Below are positions 50,601-63,190 of a stretch of 64,000 nucleotides of DNA, in pieces. Both the position numbers and the translations under genes were made by a program. Below the pieces are notes generated by a model. That model had not been told where the DNA came from. It saw only the letters and a list, made by a program, of their open reading frames with translations, and searched no databases. Source of the stretch: Eledone cirrhosa (Eukaryota). How positions within the stretch are numbered: the stretch's first letter is position 1; the number at the start of each line of letters is the position of its first letter. The stretch covers positions 65,286,001 to 65,350,000 of the forward strand of contig OZ024744.1 in NCBI GenBank assembly GCA_964016885.1. The letters run 5' to 3'.

Positions 50601-53600
50601 GTCGGTTGCGATGCCTGTCCTAAACGCCTCTTCTAGCTTTCTGACTAGCTCTCCCTCTACTCTATTTTCCTCTATCACTAGTCCTTTGCTAAACCTAATC
50701 GACTCTACTTTAATTGCCCTTTTCAGGACGAACCACCACCTGTTGTTGACGACCGCTCCCGTCAACGCCCGCTTAACTAATATGCTAATCCGGTCTCTGT
50801 AGGCTTTGCGAGCTGGGAAAGACGCGTTCAGCTTCCAGTAACCAGGCCCTTGTCTATGAAGTCTGTCTATGTCAATCTCATTTTAAATTGTGGACAACTT
50901 ATACTAGCCTTATCTAGTTCTCTGCAGAATACCCTATCGAGATACGATCTGGATGACCCAATGTGGTTTGTCCATGTCCACGTTGGCACATTCGGGTGAT
51001 CCAGTCGTTACCTGTCAGACAGTTCAAAACGTCTGAGCAGGTTGGTGAGGCTCTTGCACCCTCCTCCCCTATCCACTAGCCCCACACAATCCCAGCGTGC
51101 ATCCAAGATACCATTCCAGTCGCCCACTAACACTAAAGAGTGGGACGTTCCAAGAAAGGTCTCTAGACGTCTGAAGAAATCTGGCCGTCCCGTCCCTGTC
51201 GGGGCATAGACGGCTACTAGCCTGAAAGCATTGCCTTTGGTGCCGCTTACGTCCAGCACCACCAACTTACCTTCTGGGTCCAGGAAGATGGTCCGTATGG
51301 TGAGACCCAAGCCTTTCCGAAACAACACAGCCACTCCGCTCCCCCCTGCTCCCGGACGGCTTGGAGGTGCGTATACCTCGTAACCGTCGAAGATGAGTTT
51401 GCGTTTTGGAGATTCTCGTCTCGCTGATGGCCACCACATCTATGTTTAGTGACCTGAGGTCGTTGAGCAAGTGACCCTGCTCCCAAACCGAGCTCAAGCC
51501 ACGCACGTTTACACTTCCGATCCTGAATATGGCCATGTTGGGTGAGGAACGGAGCAAGTGAGAAAGGATCACTTACCTTGATTGTCTGGTGAAGGGACCA
51601 TTGAACCGTCCCTTCAGCTGGTAGTCGGCTCTTCTGCGAGTATATCCGAGTATACTCTCCGGTTGAGTGTCCCTCCTAGGTCTCTGAAATCACCAACTGC
51701 GTTGGGGAATTTCATTTTAATGTTTGTGTATTGTTTCTGTCATATTCTTACCAGTCGGTATTTTGATTGGTGTTGGTATTATGTAGTCGTGCTGTGAAAT
51801 GTCTGTGTGTTCAATTATATAAGTCATTAGTTTCTTGTTGTGTGTATTTATTGCTGTGCATTTCTTTTCCTGGGGGTGGCGTGTGGTTCTGCTATTTTCT
51901 TGTCGTTGTTGCTGGGTGTGTGTGTTTTGTTGTTGTGTTTGCGATGTTGGTGCTTGTGGTGGTGTTGTTGTTGTTGTTGGCGGTGGGTGTTGCCGCCGGG
52001 GGTGATGGTAGTGCTAGTGTGGGTGGTGATGGTGTTGCTGGTGTTGCTGCTGTAAGTCTCTTTACAGTAGCCTTCACCCTTTTTTCATCTCTTCCCTCCC
52101 TTTTCGAAGGCGACGATGTGCTGCTTCTGCATTTGTGCCTTCTTGCGACCTTTTTCCATCCCTTTCCCACCTCACACTCCATATCCGATTCTGTGAGGTC
52201 GGGGAGGGGTACCAGCTCCACTCTTTCACTTGTTGTTGTTGGTGATGGTTGCAGTGGAGTCACTGTTGCAGCTGCAGTTGGTATTACTGTTGTTGTTGTT
52301 AATACTTCCACTGCTGCTGCTGTTCTTGATTTCCGTGGCATGGGTATCAGTGCCACGGACCTATCCTTCCTGCTTGCCGCCTGTCCTGTTGCTGGTAGCA
52401 GTGGAGCCAGTTTCGGAAGGAGGGGGGTTTTCTCCTTTCTCAGAGTCTTCTCATTGCAGAAGGCCCTGAGGTGAGTCTTCGACCCACAGCGAAAGCATTT
52501 CCAGTGTTTGCCCTCAACACTTATGGGAAGTTGAGTGCCGTAATCGAAGTCTCTCACATCCGGGATAGCTTCGATGCACTCCTGGTTGGTTTGAATTAAC
52601 ATCTCAATGGAGGTGCCGACCCAATCTTCTCATACTTTTTTCTGTACTTGCAGTACGATTGTTTTGTCCTCGATTCCAACGAGGACAGACACGGTCAACC
52701 AAGAAGGGGGTCATCCCGGGGGGGGGGGGGGGGCTTGGGTCAGTTTGACTCTCACAATTTTTTGCCTGCAGTAGGAGGGCACCAACACCATTTTCTCACT
52801 CCTTAGGGTCACTAAGGATTGGGCCTTTGCCTCTTGGGGTGTGGCAAAAAGCACGTCCACGGTGGCACATTTCTTGCCTCGGGTGATATGCATTTTCCGC
52901 TGCCATACAGACCCTAAGAAGGCTTTTTCTATTTGAGCCTCTGTGGCTCTTTCAACCCTATGTGAGTTTGTGCTTACTGTACGGTACGTGACCGTACAGA
53001 GTTGTTGGGTTTCAAAAAATTCTTCGGCTGCCTTGCAGATTGCTCGGTGTCCGGTTTTCGTCACCATCTTCTTTGCTTCCTGTAATTCCTCATTTGTTAT
53101 AAGGATGGTTTCCAGGTTCTTTGCGATACTTGCAAACGAGATTGGTTTTTCTTTGTTGTTGTTGTTGTCGTCAGAGCTGCTGTTACTTTTGTTGTTGCTG
53201 CTGGTACTACGACCGCTGCCGCCGCTGTTGCTGTTGTTGTTGTTGTCGTTGTTGCTGTTGCTGCTGTTGTCGTTGCTGCTGCTGCTGCTGCTGCTGCTGC
53301 TATTCTTCATGACGTCAGACGAATGAAATGGCTTTCCATATTTACCACACTCATCTGTCGTGGAGAAATGTTCCACGGCACGCGTGTTCTCTTGATGAAG
53401 AACGCTACGAGAAACTACATTTTTCTTTTTCTTTAATGGCATCCCTTGCGAAAGAGGCGACAGAGGCGACACCACATTTAGAGAAGGGAGGGAGAATGAC
53501 AATCTTTTCTCTGACGTAATGACGATTGAGGAAGAAGACGGAAGGAGTGGGAGTGACTTGTGAAAATTCTTCTTTGTAGCCATGTTTTCTTTTACTGTTT

Positions 53601-53793
53601 AAAATGAATTTTGGGCACAAATCCCCAATAACTGGTTATTTAACCCCAAAGGGCCAAATAACGGGCAGAAAGACCCCTCTCACGAGGAGGAGAGTGTCTT
53701 TATCTACAATTTGGTTTTAAATAATTTACAATTGTTATAACAGTTAAAAATTACAATACCTTACAGAGCCGAGCCTCCGTCAACCATGGCATT
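47644..53793 (-). mobile_element. Tx1-like LINE copy C (divergent subfamily), apparently full length, decayed; (AAT)n at both ends
   Basis: ORF1 53583 to about 51569 with CFRCGSKTHLRAFC; ORF2 51536-48244; 3' end GCCCTTGTGGCCAATAAAGAAATC(ATT)n; 3' UTR interrupted at about 47775-48092. Confidence 0.92.
47983..48028 (-). ncRNA. Type I hammerhead ribozyme-like motif (U4C core variant) in a PLE-like insert
   Basis: Minus strand: TGCT-CCGAAGA-C[TCCAAAC ctcg GTTTGGA]A-GAA-ACAATTGT-A-AGCA; palindromic stem III ACAATTGT; distal pairing AAATCA/TGATTT. Confidence 0.65.
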
Positions 53794-53815
53794 CAATAAT
53801 AATAATTATAATAAT

Positions 53816-56800
53816 GATTTCATTTATTAGCCCCAAGGGCCAACATGTAGGGTACAATACAAAGACAGGGACAGTGGGGGTTTACAATAAGGTCGAGTAA
53901 ATGTGCACAATGGCAAGACTAATTTAACAATGAAGATATAAAAAATATAAAATAAACTATGCATAAATATAACAAAATAAATTCCCCGATAGGGGGTGGA
54001 CGACCCAGGGGTGGATGACCCAGGGGTGGATTACCCAGGGGTGGATGACCCAGGGGTGACTCAGGTACCCCACCAATCCTGAACCACACTGCGCTTCTAG
54101 GGCACCCAGAGAGAGCACCCCTCTTCTCAAGTTAGCTAGCCTATAGATGCATGGTCAGAGTAGGCCCATTCACACGGGCCATTCTCACCACATTCATCCA
54201 CCTTTTAGCAAATGTACTGGGGGGCAGCACTTCTCTCTCCACCCTCACCTTCCTTTCCAGGTGAAAGTTGAAGAAGTTGAAGAGGGATTGGCCGAAGAGA
54301 AAAGTGTCTGTCTTCAGTCCTTTTAATCTGGTCCACCATATAATCTCTTTCGCAACGGCCACCAGACAGGAAAATTTCCTGCTCTTCCTGACCTAAGGAA
54401 GGCGGTGGATCGATCTTCACTATGGACTCGGCCGATAGCCGGATTCGTTCCACACGCGGCAGTAGCTGTTCGACATAACTCCACAAGTCAGTAATGCAGG
54501 AACATTGGACAAGTGTGTGCAAAGCCATTTCGTCATTCTGTGCACGTCTTGGGCAGGTCCGTCTGACAGCACTTCCGTGCCTGTAGAGTTTATCCCGAAC
54601 CGTCAGTGCTCCCCGGTAGCACTGCCAAGTGAAGGATTTCTGGAAATTGTCCATCGTCCCCAGCTCGAAAGTCCGCCAGTACAGACTGGTCAGTTCGACT
54701 TTGTCGAGGCCCAAAGCTTCTCCGAGTGCGTCATCGCACTTGCCCACCACTAATCCTCTATAGAACTCGAGAGTGGAAGTTCCATTGATCGCATTGCCCG
54801 CTTGGTAGAGGGCAGTGAGTGCCTGGCAACACTCCAGGTGCCAGTCACCCAGTCTCGGTCTCTTCTTGACTCAGGACTGCAGCCCAGTCAAAGAAATGAG
54901 CTGCGGAAAGGCCCGTCTGATAAACGGCAACCACACCTGTTCACCATTTAGGCAAAATATCTGGAGATGTTGCAGCCTCAATGCATGTCTGCGCATCATT
55001 AGCCACGGCATGCCCAGCCCTCCGCGTAGAGGGTGCTGGCAGCAGATGGACCGCCTCACCAACAGAACTTATCCCCTCCACAAGAATTTGAAAAGGAGCC
55101 ATTCCAACTTGACGAGGCGTGGACGGGGTCAAGGCACGACGGTCAGGCGGTAGTAGATGACGGACGCGATGTACACATTCACCACCTCCGTGCGACCTTT
55201 CAGTGATAGCTTCCTCCCAGCCCATTTCTGGGCGAGACTGGCTACACTGCTCGTCACCTCGTCCCAATTCTTTTCCACCTGGAGTTCTGGTCTGAACCAA
55301 ACCCTGAGCAACTTTACTGGTCCGTCCGTCCAGCGCCTAACGACGCTGTTGCACGGCATGGACTTGCCTCTCCAGGTTCCGAGCTGCAAGCCCACCGACT
55401 TTTCCAGGTTAAGTTTGGCTCCTGTCAACCTTTCATATTCCTTCAATAAGGTGCCGACCACCTCGATTTCTGAGGTGTCCGACACGATCACGGTGATGCC
55501 GTCCGCATAAGCCGACACCACCTTTCCGCATCCTGGTTCGAGCAGGATGCCCTGCAACAGCTCCAGCTACCGCAGTAAAGGCTCGAGAGTCAATACGTAC
55601 AGAAGGGAAGAGAGAGGGCACCCTTGACGACCGATCGGGAGAACCGAAATGGTTCCAAGAGGTGGCCATTAACCTTGACCACCGAGCGTGTGCCGCTGTG
55701 CATTGCAGTGATCCAGCTTCTGAAGATGGGGCCGAAGCCAGCCGTTTTGAGGACAGACTCCAGGTACCGATGGTCGACCCTATCGAATGCTTTCAATTGA
55801 TCTAAATTGATCAGTGCCCCCACCGAAGCCAGGTTTACACTCTACCCTCTCTATGATGTATCGCATTAGGTTGAGATTGTCATGTATGGACCTGGCTGGG
55901 ATTGCGCAAGTTTGCTCCTCCCCAACCAAATCCCCGACGACAAGCGCCAACCTCTTCGCTAATACCTTGGCCAAAATCTTAAACTCTGTGTTGAGCAGAG
56001 TTATTGGCCTGAAATTGTCTAATGTGTCCCTCTTGTTCTTGTCTTTCCTTATCAGCGTCACTACACCCCGGCTCACAGAACTGGGAATACTCCCGTTCTG
56101 CTGCCAGTTGCAGTATAGTTCTTCGAGGAGATCGAAGAACAAGTCTGGCATATTTACGTAAAGCTCGTAGGGCAGACCATCCAAACCGGGTGACTTGTGC
56201 CTCATGCAGCCGACAAGGGCATCCTGAATCTCGGCTGAAGTAATCAGCCTTTCGCAGCACTCAGCGTCAGCCGTCGAGAGTTACAGGAAGCCATCGAAGT
56301 AGGGACTGAAATCCGCCACTTCCCCCGAACAACCGAGCAAAGTGCTGGCGAAAGGCCTCACACATCCACTTGGAATCGCTCAGCTCGTGTCCGTCTCAGT
56401 CAGCCAAAGACCGAATTGTGGTTTTATTACCATGCTGCGCCTCTGCCATGCAGGCCCATCGAACAGCTTTGGTTCCCTCATTTCTAAGAGCACGCGCCTT
56501 AGCTCTGACAATGCAACCTTCGTGTTTTGCATTAATGCCATTCTCGCCACTAGCACGTTAGTTGCAATGCCACTACAAATAGCCTCGTTTAACTTATCTA
56601 CCAGCTCACCCTCCTTTCTATTTTTTTCTAACACTAGTTCTTTGCTGAACTCTATCGAAGTTACTCTAATCTCTCTTTTGAGAGCACCCCACCATCTGTT
56701 GTTGATGATCTCCCCTGTCAACTTTTGCTTAACTCAATTGTTGACCTGGTCCCTGTAAGCCTTACGTGCCGGAAATGACATGTTCAGCTTCCAGTAACCA

Positions 56801-58708
56801 GGTCCTAACCTACGCATTTTATCTAGGTCGATCATACAGATCACAAATTTGTGATCTGAATAGGCAACCGTTTTAAAAAGTGGGCAGCCTACACTATTTC
56901 TATCTATTTTCCTAATGAAGATCCTGTCTATATACGATCTAGGTGATCCCATGCGGTTGGTCCATGTCCATTCTGGCGTATTGGGGAAATCTAGTCGATA
57001 CCTGTCAGACAGTTGGAACTGGCTGATTAGGTGCTTGAGGCTTTTGCACTGCCTGCTCCTATCAGCTACTCCCACACAATCCCAGCGTGCGTCTAAAATG
57101 TCGTTCCAGTCCCCCGCTAACAGTAAAGGGCGAGACGTACCCAGAAAGGTCTCCAGGCGCCTAAAGAAGTCTGGTCATCTGGGTCTAAAAGCACCACCTT
57201 CGTTATTGTTCACGTCCACCAACTTACCGTCCGGATCCCGGAAGCTCGACCTTACCTCGAGATCCAGTCCTTTCCTAAACAGCACTGCCACCCCACCTCC
57301 CACTCCCAGCCTGCTAACAGATGCTAAGATCTGATAGTCGTCGAAAATAGGGGCTAGTGCGCGCGTGTCTGAAATTCTGGTCTCGCTGACAGCAATCACA
57401 TCCATTTCCAGCGACCTGAGGTCGTTGAGCAGGCGACTCTGCTTCCAGAGTGACCCCAGGCCGCGAACATTTAAACTTCCTACTCTTAATATGGCCATGT
57501 TGGCAAGCTAAAAGAGAGAGGGAAGGTTTACTTACCTCCCGGGGTCTTGTGGAGGTCGGGTAGTTCGACCTCCATGGTTGGTGGGGTTTCTTTTGGGAAC
57601 CCCTTTAAAAGTCTCGATGTGGGTTTCACATTCGGGGTTCCCACGTCTTGAGGAAAGCTCTGCCAAATTTCTTTGAAGGAATCGAGTGACATTCGGACCA
57701 GAAGCAAATCTTCTGGCACGCAAAATGTGCTCATTTCAAAGATCTCCCCCTCTGTTTGAATGTCCTCGCTTCGTGCTAAGAGGGCCATCAGTTTATCGTT
57801 GGCTCTTCTGACAAGCACAAAGTTTTTAACATTTTGTTGGTGTGGTTTTATTTATTTTCATTTTGGTAAATGTGGTGGTGATGGTTTTGGTGGTGTTGTT
57901 TCGGGTATGTCTGTGTTTGTTGTAGGTGTGGTGTCTGCAATCAGGTATTTGTGTGTTTATTTGTACTTGTGTTTGTTTAGGTTGTTTGCATTTTCGAGGA
58001 TTGTGGGGGTGGTGTCGATGTTGCTGTTGGTGCTGATGTTATTGGGGAAGTGTTTGCGTTAGTGGTGTCTGTATTTTTTGTGTTTTGTTGGGGCTTTTTT
58101 TGGTGAGTTTTCTCTGCTTTTTTCCACTTTTGGGTTTTCCTTCATCTTCGCTGCTGGAAGACAAAGGGTCTGTGGCTGTGAGTGTCTCTGTGTCTGTGTG
58201 TGCGTTTATTGTTTTGTCTATGTGTATAATTGGAGGGGGGGAAGTGGGAGAGCTTTCCTCGTTTTCCCCTTGGGTTGGTTTCGGTGTTGGTGGTGGTCCG
58301 GCTGTTTTTGATGTTGGTGTCCGTGTCTTTGTTGATGTTGTTTTTGGTGGTGGTGGTGCAGTTTTCCGTGCTAACACTGGCGTTGGAAACAAAGGAGGTT
58401 TGCGACCCCCTGCATTTTTGTGCTGAGGGTAGAAGGCTTGCAGATGCGTTGTTTCCCTGCAGACGAAGCAGTGCGGCCTTCTTACCTCAGTAATTAGTTG
58501 GATTGTTGTCCCGTCCTGCAGGCGGGCAAAATACAAAATCCGGGATGTTGTTCATGTCCTCTGGTTTCATTTGGAGAAGAATCTCCAATTCCATTCCGGA
58601 CCAGTCTTCTCTCTCTGTCTTTTTGATATCCTGGAGGGTAGTGTCTATCCCCTCCTCAATTACGCATCCCAGGAGCCACCATATGTTCATTCCTGGTGGG
58701 ATCCTGGG
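53816..58708 (-). mobile_element. Tx1-like LINE copy D, lacks 5' part of ORF1; head-to-tail with copy C across an (AAT)n linker
   Basis: ORF1 remnant 58708-57528 (CFVCRETTHLQAF); ORF2 57498-54141; 3' UTR nearly the same as copy A. Confidence 0.92.
53992..54058. repeat. About four copies of a 16-bp unit (GGGGTGGATGACCCAG-like) in the copy D 3' UTR
   Basis: Present as a single unit in copy A (about 10343-10360). Confidence 0.85.
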
Positions 58709-58961
58709 AAAAAAAAACTCACTTAGTGACACTCATACATACGACACATACACACACACACTCACTCACACACGCACACTCACTCACTCACACACACACA
58801 CCAACTCTCATGCATACAAACAAACACACACACATATACATATATATATATTACCGTCATTACTCATACAAGATTATGTCAACTGTTGACTTTCGAAAGA
58901 GTTTGTATAATTGAAGCCATTCGTGTTATTGTTCAGTATTATTATAATTGCTTTACAGAAT

Positions 58962-59100
58962 AGAGCTATGGCCCTGTATGTTCCGAGCTCAAATCCCGCC
59001 GAGGTCAACCTTGCCTTTCATCCCCACGGAGTCGATAAAACAAAGCACCAGTAATGCACTGGGACAATCGTTGGTCCCGTGCCAAAAAGCAGAAAAATTA
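58962..59100 (+). mobile_element. Meta-type SINE, 5'-truncated, ending in (ATT)n
   Basis: CCCGCCGAGGTCAACCTTGCCTTTCATCCCCACGGAGTCGATAAAA; ATTAT-rich left flank. Confidence 0.75.
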
Positions 59101-59384
59101 TTATTATTATAGTTGTTGTTTTCTTAAAGCCTGATCGCTGGTGATGGTGATGGCGGCAGTGGATGGTGGTGGTGGTGGTGGTGGTGGCAGTGGATGGTGG
59201 TGGTGGTGGCAGTGGATGTTGTTGTTTAGCTCTTTTTTTTTTTAATCATTTGATGCCACAATTATAGATGTTGGTGTTGTTCCTCTTGATGCTGTTGTTT
59301 CTGAAGACATTGGTGCTGGTGCTGCTGTTGTTGTAGATGTTGGGGTTGAAATTTGGTCGTTTTGACTGAGTGATATATATATAT

Positions 59385-60590
59385 ACATACATGCATACAT
59401 GCATACATGCATACACACACACACATAATTATATACATGATGGTTGCAACTCAACTTCAAGTAATGCCATCGCTTGATACTTAAACATGCGCATCACAGA
59501 CGTGGCTTTTTAGTCCTGCTAGGGACTTGCCTATGACCAGCAACACCATACATATATGCATGCTTGCATACATACTGCATACAGACTTGTACAGATATAA
59601 AGCATATGCACATGCACACATATAACTCAAAACATACTCATCCACACATACAATAACATCCATACCTGCACACACATGCATGCATGCAGACATACCTACC
59701 TAGTAAATTCCAATGAGAGAGTCTTGTGTCTATGTTAGAAACCGACTCTCTCTCTATTGGTAAAAATTTGTGAAATTATAAAACCAGAAGATACATACAT
59801 ACATAATGGCTGCAACTCAACATTGAGTAATGCCATCACTTGATACATGATGTATGAGCATCACAGACGTGGCTTTTTAGTCCTGCTAGGGACTTGCCTA
59901 TGGCCAGCAATACCATGCATCGCAAAAAATGTCACATATCAAGCGATGCCTGTGCTTGGAGACTTTTTAAGTGAGGAAAGGCTTTCCCAGGGCCAATCCC
60001 ACTCTTTGAACATCAAATGCATTTACCCAAAAGGAAGAACAGGTTTACATCATTGGATGCAAACGAAATCGCAGATTTTATATCAGAGTTATCTTCTCCT
60101 AGAGAGATGACTTAATGAAGACTAGGGTCTCTCTCCTCAGAAAAAAAAATACAAAATAAAACTTTATTGAATGGCTGTTGACTCTCCTGGGTTTCTCCAC
60201 CCTTTGCAGGGTGCCCAAATTCACCCTCCGTTTTAGTCACCGATAACAAAACATGCATCCATACATACATACATGCATATATGATGATGTCTGCCCTCTC
60301 ATTATCGAGTATGGCCATTGCACGATATTACATTATTAATAATTATCAATTAATGCCATCATGCAATGCCTGTGCGTAAAGATTTTTTTAAAGTGAGGAA
60401 AGACTGTGCACTCTCTGAGCGACAGTAGCTATAACCCGAAAAGAAGAAAAGATCAACATCATCGGTAACTACTGAGCCACTGGTTTTATGTTGGAGTTAT
60501 CCCAGTTTCCTGAGTTGCCTTCTAGAAGAATGCCCAGAGAACAGCTAGGAGTCCTTCACTCCCAGTGGTTTAATCGCACAATTGAGTATC
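59385..60590 (-). mobile_element. Cluster of RTE 3' ends and bipartite RTE derivatives (59430-59550, 59790-60245, 60262-60590)
   Basis: GKSLAGLKSH 3' end occurs twice; bodies are homologous to 5035-5240; (ATGT)n tails. Confidence 0.6.
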
Positions 60591-60837
60591 CAGTCCGATT
60601 ATTTCTATGACCCCACGCATATACATACACATGCATACATGTATATACATATACACATATATACATATTTACACATTTTTGGATGGCCATTGACTCTTAT
60701 GAGTTCTTCTGCCCTTTGTCAGGTTTTGTTTTTTGTCCTGCAGGGTGTCCAAAATCACCCTCCTCACCATTTATACATAGATACATACATACACACGTAC
60801 ATGTACACATATATGCATACATCCATACACTTAACAA

Positions 60838-61135
60838 TTATAGGTTATCTTGAACAGGGTGAGAATACCAGATATGACAGACTCTTAGATAAGGAGAGGA
60901 CCATGAATGAATATTTCAGAAGAGTAAAGAGAATATGGTCATCAGAACTCTCAGATACTACACCCTCATTATACCTTTAGATTTATACCTGTGATCATTG
61001 AGGCTCTTGGATACATTACTAACTGCCTTAGTACAAATCTTGAAAAGCTGCGCTTCACAGAACCAGAAATAACATGGCTAGTTAGGAAGTTGTAAGTATA
61101 GTTCATTAATAGAACTGTAAAAATATCCATGTATT
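60838..61135 (+). pseudogene. R4/Dong-like remnant, internally deleted
   Basis: EYFRRVKRIWSSELS joined to FIPVIIEALG...NLEKL. Confidence 0.55.
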
Positions 61136-61769
61136 AATGGCATGTACATTAAGGCTATTTCATATTTATAAGTATTTTTTTTTCAATTTTAGTTGTAATC
61201 ACCTCGTCGAATGTGCCCTGAATTCATTTCACATAAAAGCTACACAGGTAAATATATTTAGGGGTTGCACAGTTTGGTGCTTTTTAAATGCTATGCCAAA
61301 AATAGAAAAATTTTACTTCAACACTTGTTGATTGTAACCAGATTGCATTTTTTGTCCATTTTCCTCTGTGACACGAAGGAGATGTTTCAACCATTTTTAG
61401 GATCCTAAATAAAAAAGAAATGAACCATAAACTTTAACTAAGTATGTAGAAATAATTTTACAACAGTGATTTGTTTTCATATTTCATACAAAGAAATATT
61501 TGATATCACATTGATGAGGTGAACTTTTCCATATTTGTTTTGATAATTCAACAAGATGAGTCAAGTTCCATCTGTTGTTATAAAGTAATGAAATGATTTT
61601 CTTCTCCTTTGCTTTTCATAGCCTGAATGAATTCCAGAAATGTAAGAACCCAAAAGCTCATTAAAGTAAAATTGATTGATTGATTTTGCTTTTCATCTTT
61701 CACAGTAAATAAGAAAATGGAAACCAGAAACACCATTTGACTGCTTGAGAAAAATAGCAAGGAGCAGTT

Positions 61770-62037
61770 ACCTCAGACAAAAAAAGCACCCACTCCATGC
61801 TGTAAAGTGGTCATGTAATAGACACGGTAAAAAGGCTCCCAGTCCACATTGTAAATGTGGTTGGTATTAGGAAAGGCATCCAGCCGTAGAAAACCTCCCA
61901 GATACAGTCCTATATGAGCGAGACACGGTCACCTGATCAATCTTGCCTCAAGTGGGACAATTCCCCTCTAACCCATGCTAGATAGATGTTAAACAATGGA
62001 AGATAGATGTTAAACGATGATGATGATGATGATGATG
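61770..62037 (+). mobile_element. RTE/SINE 3' tail
   Basis: Degenerate 48-bp-type unit, GGAAAGGCATCCAGCCGTAGAAAACC, (GAT)n. Confidence 0.75.
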
Positions 62038-62039
62038 AA

Positions 62040-63190
62040 AGGAAAAGAAGGTTCACAAGAAAGTAAGAAAGCAGGATGAAGAAGTCAAGAAGTTGTGTGA
62101 GAAAGTAGCTCTTGAACGTTCGTCATCCAGCTCAGCTATTATTAATGATGATGATGATGATGAAATCTTCAAGTCAGCACCACCCCAAAAGTCATTGTGA
62201 ATAAAGTCTACTCTCAACACCACTCTTGTTGCCACGTAGGAACAGGAGAAACTACCTGTACAACAAGCAAGTTGTTCTTACATTGCAGATTTGAAGAGTT
62301 TTGGCCACAGTGTGTCTGAACTCTCAGTTTCAGTTTCCTCCCTCAACTGTTTATCGAACAAGAACCAATCACTGTAAGAGGATGGCTCATGAAATTGAGT
62401 TATCCACTTTCCCACTTGAAGACAGATTCTGGTTAGACCTCCACTGGGATGGAGAATTGTTACCATCGGCTTCCTTATCCAGCTCACTCAATGATTGGAT
62501 TGCAGTTTTAGTTAGAGGAAAAGGAAAGGAAGAGCTCTTAGGTGTTCTGATTACAAGAGATGGAACCAGACAACAAATTGCGGAAGTTGTTTTGAAGGAA
62601 ATTCAATGACTCAAAATTGAGATAGAATAATTGGTATGTCCTTTGACACGACCACCAGTAACACTAGCAATCATCGTGGAGCCAATACAAACATTGAAGC
62701 AGCTCTGAAAAAATTCCCCGTGTGCTGGCTTGCCTCCATCACATTCTTGAACTACTTTTGAAGAAAGTCTTTGAGATCGTTTCCCCGTCATCTCATCCCG
62801 GTATCCCATTGTTCAAAAAGTTCCAGGAACAATGGGACTCCATTATAAGTCTCATTAGTAATACACTGGGTAATTGCTGGCCTTGTGCCTAACGTAGAAA
62901 CAATTATCAAACTATCCTGGACAATGATAAACCCATGGCAAATTTTTATGTACTGCTTTATGGAGATCATCTCTGAAAAAACTATGTCAAGTTTGTAAAG
63001 CTCTCCTTTCTCTATCTTGGTGGTTGGCTATCTCCTCAGTTCTCCTCAGTCCCAGGAGCTTACCACTAGGCTTGTTGGATGGCTAAGGCCATCTATGTGT
63101 TCAAGATAGTTTTGTTCGAAGAACAACTCAAGTTTACAACACATATGTCAAGAGATCTACAAAAAGTGATTTCTGGTTATAAATTTCATT
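62040..63190 (+). pseudogene. hAT-superfamily (hATm-like) transposase relic
   Basis: LHWDGELL, IAVLV..KEELLGV, GMSFDTTTSNT, WLA..HHILEL, GAYH*ACWMAKAIY. Contains a SINE tail at about 62858-62907. Confidence 0.65.

Noticed and set aside
51767-53519. Long plus-strand hydrophobic ORFs (also 40444-42330, 57760-58493)
   Set aside because: Antisense shadows of the low-complexity Thr/Asn/Lys-rich Tx1 ORF1.
53665-53700. HDV-like ribozyme in the Tx1 C 5' UTR (TCCTCGT loop)
   Set aside because: Folds as a simple hairpin; no nested P1/P2 found, and no equivalent in copy B.
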